This document shows, piece after piece, positions 58,093 to 64,000 of a stretch of 64,000 nt of DNA. The notes below the pieces were generated by a model, which did no database searches, was not told where the DNA came from, and saw only the letters and a program-made list of their open reading frames with translations. Each line of letters opens with the position of its first letter. Position 1 is the stretch's first letter. Source of the DNA: an uncultured Salaquimonas sp. (GTDB taxonomy: Bacteria; Pseudomonadota; Alphaproteobacteria; Rhizobiales; Rhizobiaceae); contig CAZIPH010000012.1 of the NCBI GenBank assembly GCA_964541115.1, forward strand, positions 5,588 to 69,587, written 5' to 3'. A program made the position numbers and the translations under genes.

Positions 58093-59592
58093 ATGAAGAA
58101 GATAGGTCATTTCATCAACGGCAGACACGTCGAGGGAAAAAGCGGCCGCGAGGCTGATGTGTACAACCCCGCCACAGGCGAGGTGCAGGCAAGAGTGGCG
58201 CTGGCCAGCAAGGCCGAGATGGATGAGGCGGTTGCCATTGCGGCTGAGGCGCAGGTGGCTTGGGGCGCGACCAATCCGCAGCGCCGTGCACGGGTGATGA
58301 TGGAGTTCGTCCGTCTGCTCAACCGTGACATGCAGAAGCTTGCCGAGGCGCTTTCCTCCGAGCACGGCAAGACGGTTCCCGATGCCAAGGGCGATGTGCA
58401 GCGCGGCCTCGAAGTGATCGAGTTCTGCATCGGCGCGCCGCACCTCATGAAGGGGGAATTCACTGACAGTGCAGGACCGGGTATCGACATGTACTCCATG
58501 CGCCAGCCGCTGGGTGTCGTTGCGGGCATCACGCCATTCAACTTTCCGGCGATGATTCCGATGTGGAAACTGGGACCGGCAATTTCGGCCGGCAATGCGT
58601 TCATTCTCAAGCCGTCCGAACGTGACCCTTCCGTGCCGATGATGCTGGGTGAACTGCTCAAGGAAGCGGGCCTTCCAGACGGTATCTATCAGGTGGTGAA
58701 CGGCGACAAGGAAGCGGTGGATGCCATCATTGATGACCCGGTCATCCAGGCGATCGGCTTTGTCGGCTCCACGCCGATTGCCCAGTACATTTATGGCCGT
58801 GGCTGTTCGAACGGCAAACGCGTCCAGTGTTTTGGCGGCGCGAAGAATCACATGATCATCATGCCCGATGCAGATCTTGATCAGGCTGCCGACGCGCTGG
58901 TGGGCGCAGGCTATGGCGCAGCCGGCGAGCGTTGCATGGCGATTTCCGTTGCCGTGCCGGTTGGCGAGAAAACTGCTGATGCGCTGATAGAAAAACTCGT
59001 GCCGCGCGTCGAGAAACTGAAGGTTGGCCCCTACACGGCAGGCGATGATATCGATTACGGCCCTCTGGTGACGAAAGAAGCCAAGCAGCGCGTGCTCGGC
59101 CTTGTCGAGTCCGGTGTGAAACAGGGGGCCAAACTGGTCGTTGATGGCCGCAATTTCTCCCTGCAGGGATATGAAGACGGCTTCTTCGTTGGCCCGCACC
59201 TGTTTGACCGGGTGACCACTGACATGGATATCTACAAGCAGGAGATCTTCGGCCCCGTGCTTTCGACGGTCCGTGCCCAGACCTATGAAGAGGCAATCGG
59301 CTATGCCATGGACCATGAATATGGCAATGGTACTGCAATCTTCACCCGCGACGGTGATACGGCCCGTGATTTTGCCAACCGCATCAATATCGGCATGGTC
59401 GGCATCAACGTGCCGATACCCGTGCCACTGGCCTATCACACCTTTGGCGGCTGGAAGCGCTCGGGCTTTGGCGATCTCAACCAGCATGGCACGGATGCGT
59501 TCAGGTTCTACACAAGGACCAAAACGATCACCGCGCGCTGGCCTTCCGGTATCAAGGAAGGTGGCGAGTTCAACTTCAGGGCAATGGACTAG
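58093..59592 (+). CDS. mmsA: Methylmalonate-semialdehyde dehydrogenase (CoA-acylating)
   Basis: ALDH superfamily, 499 aa. FPAMIPMW and catalytic Cys in AAGERCMAISV, typical of MmsA. Confidence 0.95.
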   Translation: MKKIGHFINGRHVEGKSGREADVYNPATGEVQARVALASKAEMDEAVAIAAEAQVAWGATNPQRRARVMMEFVRLLNRDMQKLAEALSSEHGKTVPDAKGDVQRGLEVIEFCIGAPHLMKGEFTDSAGPGIDMYSMRQPLGVVAGITPFNFPAMIPMWKLGPAISAGNAFILKPSERDPSVPMMLGELLKEAGLPDGIYQVVNGDKEAVDAIIDDPVIQAIGFVGSTPIAQYIYGRGCSNGKRVQCFGGAKNHMIIMPDADLDQAADALVGAGYGAAGERCMAISVAVPVGEKTADALIEKLVPRVEKLKVGPYTAGDDIDYGPLVTKEAKQRVLGLVESGVKQGAKLVVDGRNFSLQGYEDGFFVGPHLFDRVTTDMDIYKQEIFGPVLSTVRAQTYEEAIGYAMDHEYGNGTAIFTRDGDTARDFANRINIGMVGINVPIPVPLAYHTFGGWKRSGFGDLNQHGTDAFRFYTRTKTITARWPSGIKEGGEFNFRAMD

Positions 59593-59672
59593 AGCAGTAG
59601 TGCCGGCCCGGCATTGCCGGGTGGATACCGGACAGCCCCAATCGCCACTGAGGAAGGTTTCGGGAGGAAACC

Positions 59673-60812
59673 ATGGACTTTTCACTGAGTGAGGAACAAC
59701 AGGCCATCTTCGCCATGGCGCGCAGCTTTGCTGCCGCAAACCTTGCTCCCAGGGCAATAGAGTGGGACGAGACCGGGCATTTTCCTGAAGATGTTGTTCG
59801 CTCGTCTGCCGAACTCGGCCTTGCGGGCATTTATGTGCGCGAAGACGTTGGTGGTTCGGGTCTGGGCCGACTGGATGCCGTTCTGGTTTTCGAGGCGCTG
59901 GCGCATGGCTGCCCGTCAATCGGGGCATTCCTTTCTATCCACAACATGGTTGGCGGCATGATCGACAACTATGGCAGCGAGGAGCAGCGCCAGAAATGGC
60001 TGCCGAAACTCTGCTCCATGGAAATAATGGCAAGCTACTGCCTGACCGAGCCAGGCTCCGGCTCCGACGCGGCGGCGCTGCGAACCAGGGCTGTCAGGGA
60101 TGGCAACCAGTGGAAATTGAACGGAACCAAGGCGTTTATTTCAGGTGCTGGCCATTCCGACCTTTACGTTGCCATGGTGCGCACGGGGGATGATTCTCCG
60201 CGCGGCATTTCCGCCATGCTGATCGAGAATGGAACCGAAGGCCTGTCCTTCGGCGCCAATGAGCGCAAGATGGGCTGGCGCGCCCAGCCTACTGCCCAGG
60301 TCCAGTTCGATGACTGCAAGGTGCCTGCCGATCACCTTTTGGGTGAAGAGGGCAAGGGCTTCAAATATGCAATGGCCGGGCTCGACGGCGGCAGGCTGAA
60401 TATTGCGGCATCCGCGCTGGGAGCTGCCCAGTTCGCGCTCGATACATCGCTGCTTTATGTCAAGGACCGCAAGGCATTTGGAAAACCGATAGGTGAATTC
60501 CAGGCTTTGCAGTTCAAATTGGCGGACATGGAAACCGAATTGCAGGCTTCGCGCGCGCTGCTCTACCAGGCAGCATGGAAACTCGACAACAAGGCCGCAG
60601 ATGCCTCCAAGCATTGCGCCATGGCAAAACGCTTCGTCACCGATACGGCTTCGCGCGTTGCCAATGAGGCGCTGCAGATTCATGGCGGCTACGGCTATCT
60701 GGCCGATTATGGCATGGAAAAGATCGTGCGGGATCTCAGGGTCCACCAGATTCTTGAAGGCACCAATGAGATCATGCGGGTGATCATTGCCCGTCACATG
60801 ATGGCAGGGTGA
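59673..60812 (+). CDS. Acyl-CoA dehydrogenase (isobutyryl-CoA dehydrogenase-like)
   Basis: YCLTEPGSGSDAA, QIHGGYGY and ILEGTNEI motifs. Operon context is valine catabolism. Confidence 0.92.
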   Translation: MDFSLSEEQQAIFAMARSFAAANLAPRAIEWDETGHFPEDVVRSSAELGLAGIYVREDVGGSGLGRLDAVLVFEALAHGCPSIGAFLSIHNMVGGMIDNYGSEEQRQKWLPKLCSMEIMASYCLTEPGSGSDAAALRTRAVRDGNQWKLNGTKAFISGAGHSDLYVAMVRTGDDSPRGISAMLIENGTEGLSFGANERKMGWRAQPTAQVQFDDCKVPADHLLGEEGKGFKYAMAGLDGGRLNIAASALGAAQFALDTSLLYVKDRKAFGKPIGEFQALQFKLADMETELQASRALLYQAAWKLDNKAADASKHCAMAKRFVTDTASRVANEALQIHGGYGYLADYGMEKIVRDLRVHQILEGTNEIMRVIIARHMMAG

Positions 60813-61870
60813 GGATGAGTTCTGGCGAGGACATCCATATCCGTATTGTCGGAAAGATTGGTCGGATCACTCTGAACCGGCCCAAGGCGCTCAATGCGCT
60901 GACCTATGAAATGTGCACTGCCATTGAATCGGCACTTGATGAGTGGCTGGCAGGCGACGCAGTCGAAATGATCCTGATCGATGCGGAAGGCGACCGGGCC
61001 TTTTGCGCAGGCGGTGACATTGCCGATCTGTATGCCTCGGGCAAGGCGGGTGACTACGCGTTTGGCCGCAAGTTCTGGGCAGATGAATACCGGCTCAATG
61101 CGAAGATCGCCAATTGCCCCATTCCCTATGTGGCCATCATGGACGGCATCACCATGGGCGGCGGTGTCGGAATATCGGTGCACGGCTCTGACCGGATTGT
61201 CACCGAACGCTCGATGATTGCCATGCCCGAATGTGGCATTGGCCTCGTGCCCGATGTGGGTGGATCGTGGACCCTGTCGCGGGCACCTGGCCATCTTGGA
61301 GAATTCCTCGCAATGACCGGTTACCGGATGGGCCCGGGCGATGCGGTACTGGCCGGATTTGGTGATGTGCAGGTGCCAAGCGACAATATCGCCGAGCTTA
61401 CCGTACGGATCGAGGAAACGGGCGATCTGTCGGTACTCGCGGAATTTGCAGGGCCTGCCGACACACCCACGCTGATAGACCATCTCGAAGCAATTGATCG
61501 GCATTTTTCACATGACAACGCGCTTGCCTGCGTCCAGTCACTTGAAGCAGCCGGGCAGGCAGATGGCGATGAATGGGCGCAGGAAGCGGCCGGGCTCGTG
61601 CGCCGCTCCTGCCCGCTGTCTGTCGCCTGCGCCTTTGAAATCATCCGCCAGGCACGTATGCTCGATACGATCGAGGAAGTGCTGGCGCTTGAATACCGCT
61701 TCACCTCGCGGTCGATGTCCGATGGTGAATTTGTCGAAGGCGTACGGGCGCAGATCATCGACAAGGACCGCAAGCCGAACTGGCAGACCGCGCGGCTCGA
61801 GGATGTGAGCGAAGAACAGATTTCGCAAATGCTGGCGCCGCTTGGCGTAAAGGAACTGAATCTGAAGTAG
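60809..61870 (+). CDS. 3-hydroxyisobutyryl-CoA hydrolase (ECH_2 crotonase family)
   Basis: RAFCAGGDI and MDGITMGGGVG motifs with a long C-terminal extension (353 aa). The start is GTG 60809 or ATG 60815, overlapping or abutting the upstream stop. Confidence 0.85.
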   Translation: MRMSSGEDIHIRIVGKIGRITLNRPKALNALTYEMCTAIESALDEWLAGDAVEMILIDAEGDRAFCAGGDIADLYASGKAGDYAFGRKFWADEYRLNAKIANCPIPYVAIMDGITMGGGVGISVHGSDRIVTERSMIAMPECGIGLVPDVGGSWTLSRAPGHLGEFLAMTGYRMGPGDAVLAGFGDVQVPSDNIAELTVRIEETGDLSVLAEFAGPADTPTLIDHLEAIDRHFSHDNALACVQSLEAAGQADGDEWAQEAAGLVRRSCPLSVACAFEIIRQARMLDTIEEVLALEYRFTSRSMSDGEFVEGVRAQIIDKDRKPNWQTARLEDVSEEQISQMLAPLGVKELNLK

Positions 61871-61910
61871 GACAGACAGGCTGAAGGCAAGAACACTCGC
61901 AGGAGGAAAA

Positions 61911-62804
61911 ATGAGCATTATCGGCTTTATCGGCCTTGGCAATATGGGCCTGCCCATGGCCGTCAACCTGAAGAAGGCAGGCCATGCCATACAGGCATTC
62001 GACACCGTGCCGCAAGCGCAGGAAAAGGCAAAGGCTGAAGGCATGGAAGTATGCACTTCGGCAGCTGCGGCAGCTGCGGGCGCCGATGTGGTTATCACCA
62101 TGTTGCCAAACGGGGAAATCGTCTCGGCCGTTTATGAGCAGATCATCCCCGCGGCAAAGACGGGCGCCGTATTGATCGACAGTTCAACGATCGATGTTAC
62201 CAGCGCGCGCACTGCCCATTCACGCGCGGCCAATGCGAGGCTGCTGTCGGTCGATGCGCCGGTTTCAGGCGGTATTGGCGGGGCTGCAGCCGGAACGCTG
62301 ACCTTCATGTGCGGCGGCAGCAAAGAAGCCTTTGAAACGGCAAAGCCCTATCTCGACATCATGGGTGGCAAGATCGTCCATTGCGGGGATGGCGGATCGG
62401 GACAGGCAGCGAAAATCTGCAACAACATGTTGCTTGCCATTTCGATGATCGGGACCTGCGAGGCATTCGCACTGGCCGAAAAACTAGGCCTGTCGCAGGA
62501 AGCCGCTTTCGAGGTGATGTCGACTTCGTCCGGTTCCTGCTGGTCGGTTAACACCTATTGCCCTGTACCGGGCGTTGGGCCTAAATCACCTGCCGACAAT
62601 GACTACAAACCGGGCTTTGCCGCCGAACTCATGTTCAAGGATTCCTCGCTCGCCCAACAAGCAGCCGGCGAGGTTGGCCAGGCAACCCCAATGGGCCAGT
62701 ATGCCACCATGCTCTACCAGCACTTCCTGGCGCATGGCGGCAGGGGCAAGGACTTTTCCGGCATTATCGAATATCTCAAGACCGCAGAACGGGGGAACGG
62801 CTGA
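61911..62804 (+). CDS. mmsB: 3-hydroxyisobutyrate dehydrogenase
   Basis: NAD-binding [14 protein letters not shown]. 297 aa. Confidence 0.92.
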   Translation: MSIIGFIGLGNMGLPMAVNLKKAGHAIQAFDTVPQAQEKAKAEGMEVCTSAAAAAAGADVVITMLPNGEIVSAVYEQIIPAAKTGAVLIDSSTIDVTSARTAHSRAANARLLSVDAPVSGGIGGAAAGTLTFMCGGSKEAFETAKPYLDIMGGKIVHCGDGGSGQAAKICNNMLLAISMIGTCEAFALAEKLGLSQEAAFEVMSTSSGSCWSVNTYCPVPGVGPKSPADNDYKPGFAAELMFKDSSLAQQAAGEVGQATPMGQYATMLYQHFLAHGGRGKDFSGIIEYLKTAERGNG

Positions 62805-63571
62805 TGGCACTGGTTGAAACAAGAACCGAGGATGGCGTCGGCATCATCACGATCAACCGGCCCGATGCGCTGAACGCAGTCAATGCCGAGGTGATGGACG
62901 GGTTGATATCGGCGGCAGCAGAATTCGACAGGGATGAGGCCGTTGGCTGCATTCTCATCACCGGCGAGGGCAAGGCCTTTGTTGCCGGGGCGGACATCAA
63001 GGAAATGCAGGAAAAATCCTATATGGACATGTTCCTTGCCGACCGGCAGTCGCAATGGGAAGGCTTTGCCGCCACACGCACGCCGATGATTGCGGTGGTC
63101 AACGGTTTTGCCCTTGGCGGGGGATGCGAGATCGCCATGATGTGCGACATCATCATCGCCTCCGAGAAGGCGAAATTCGGCCAACCTGAAATCAAGCTTG
63201 GCGTGACGCCTGGTTGGGGCGGGTCGCAGCGCCTCACCAGGGCTGTTGGCAAGGCCAAGGCGATGGACCTTATCCTTACCGGACGGATGATGGATGCCGG
63301 GGAAGCCGAGCGCTGCGGCCTCGTCGCGCGCGTGGTTCCCCATGACGAGCTGATGCAAATCGCCATGGATACGGCGAAAACGATTGCCGGCATGGGCAGG
63401 CCCTCGGTGCTGATTGCCAAGGAGCAGGTCAACCGCGCCTTCGAGACGACGCTGGAAGAGGGACTGCGTTTTGAGCGGCGCACCTTCTATTCGCTGTTTG
63501 CAACGCAGGACCAGAAAGAGGGCATGGCCGCCTTTGCGGAAAAACGTCCGGCGAAATTCACCAACAAATAG
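62804..63571 (+). CDS. Enoyl-CoA hydratase (crotonase; methacrylyl-CoA hydratase candidate)
   Basis: [11 protein letters not shown] and [16 protein letters not shown] motifs. The ATG overlaps the mmsB stop. Confidence 0.92.
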   Translation: MALVETRTEDGVGIITINRPDALNAVNAEVMDGLISAAAEFDRDEAVGCILITGEGKAFVAGADIKEMQEKSYMDMFLADRQSQWEGFAATRTPMIAVVNGFALGGGCEIAMMCDIIIASEKAKFGQPEIKLGVTPGWGGSQRLTRAVGKAKAMDLILTGRMMDAGEAERCGLVARVVPHDELMQIAMDTAKTIAGMGRPSVLIAKEQVNRAFETTLEEGLRFERRTFYSLFATQDQKEGMAAFAEKRPAKFTNK

Positions 63572-63580
63572 GAACACATC

Positions 63581-64000
63581 ATGGCGCAAGTCGACCCGAT
63601 AGTTATCGTTGGAGCCTCCCGCACGCCGATGGGCGGGTTCCAGGGTGAATTCAGTTCGCTTAGCGCATCGCAGCTTGGTGGCGCGGCCATCAAGGCTGCG
63701 CTTGAAGGTTCAGGCCTCAAAGCCGATGAGGTGGACGAGATCATCATGGGAAATGTCCTGCCGGCAGGGCAGGGCCAGGCCCCGGCGCGCCAGGCGGCCT
63801 TTGCGGCAGGCCTTCCCAAGGAGGTTCCCGCCTCGACGCTGAACAAGATGTGTGGCTCCGGCATGAAGACCATCATGATCGCCGTTGACCAGTTGCTCGC
63901 GGGCAATGGCAATGTAGTGATTGCCGGCGGCATGGAGTCCATGACCAATGCGCCTTACCTGCTGCCGAAAATGCGCGGCGGTGCACGCCTCGGCCATGGC
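63581..64000 (+). CDS. Acetyl-CoA C-acyltransferase (thiolase), 5' part only - runs off the window
   Basis: My own translation from ATG 63581 gives [20 protein letters not shown]...NKMCGSGMK (thiolase active-site Cys), open to position 64000. Not in the ORF track because there is no stop within the window. Confidence 0.85.
   Translation, partial: MAQVDPIVIVGASRTPMGGFQGEFSSLSASQLGGAAIKAALEGSGLKADEVDEIIMGNVLPAGQGQAPARQAAFAAGLPKEVPASTLNKMCGSGMKTIMIAVDQLLAGNGNVVIAGGMESMTNAPYLLPKMRGGARLGHG

Noticed and set aside
58045-59928. Very long antisense ORFs: 627 aa opposite mmsA here, and similar ones at 22763-24439, 4152-5507, 10688-11749, 20563-21444, 55231-56049, 62714-63589 and 31967-32440.
   Set aside because: These are typical stop-codon-poor shadow frames of high-GC DNA. 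Their translations are Arg/Pro/Gly/His-rich with no recognisable motifs, while the opposite strand carries clear family signatures. There is no evidence they are genes.
1-64000. Mobile elements, prophage remnants, defence or toxin-antitoxin systems, CRISPR arrays, tRNA/rRNA/tmRNA genes, and genomic-island signatures.
   Set aside because: I found no integrase, transposase or recombinase-like ORFs, no terminal inverted repeats, no tRNA-like cloverleaf sequence in any spacer, and no obvious compositional break. Every spacer is under about 250 bp, and gene content is uniformly housekeeping.

Overview
Core, origin-proximal chromosomal segment of a high-GC alphaproteobacterium. The taxon is my inference: the synteny hemJ-rho-mnmE-mnmG-rsmG-parA-parB and leuS-lptE-holA looks Hyphomicrobiales/Rhizobiales-like. 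I can support 62 protein-coding genes, one of them truncated at the right edge, and they tile almost the whole window. They fall into these groups: tRNA/rRNA modification and partitioning (mnmE, mnmG, rsmG, parAB); replication and envelope (holA, lptE, leuS, lolA, ftsK, ftsEX, mtgA, plsC, a DUF218/ElyC-like gene); cell-cycle response regulators (CenR-like, CpdR-like); nitrogen (glnK-amtB); purine (purH, hpt); isoprenoid (ispG, ispA); aromatic amino acid and histidine synthesis (hisC-tyrC); phaA thiolase; a degenerate-GGDEF/EAL protein; ggt; rpmF; and a LysR-controlled valine/methylmalonate-semialdehyde catabolic operon (mmsA, acyl-CoA dehydrogenase, 3-hydroxyisobutyryl-CoA hydrolase, mmsB, enoyl-CoA hydratase, thiolase). 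Several track ORFs are 5'-overextended; I give shorter starts where an RBS, homologue length or stop/start coupling supports them. I saw no rRNA, tRNA, CRISPR array, transposase or integrase, prophage, or recognisable defence genes. Non-coding signals read directly from the sequence: three parS sites (two in the mnmE-mnmG spacer, one inside rsmG); two full CtrA boxes (TTAA-N7-TTAACCAT) upstream of ftsK and in the ftsE divergent promoter region; a sigma54-like promoter before glnK; three good intrinsic terminators; and a terminator-like hairpin in the rpmF leader. Bottom line: this is an ordinary housekeeping region and I found no compelling undescribed multi-gene system. The best leads of unknown function are the lemA-TPM-TPM envelope module with a divergent tail-anchored micro-protein, the rpmF leader structure, the CtrA-boxed ftsEX neighbourhood (DUF3426-like protein, hpt-cpdR coupling), and a signal-peptide-less YkuD-fold protein. 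All are flagged with modest interest.
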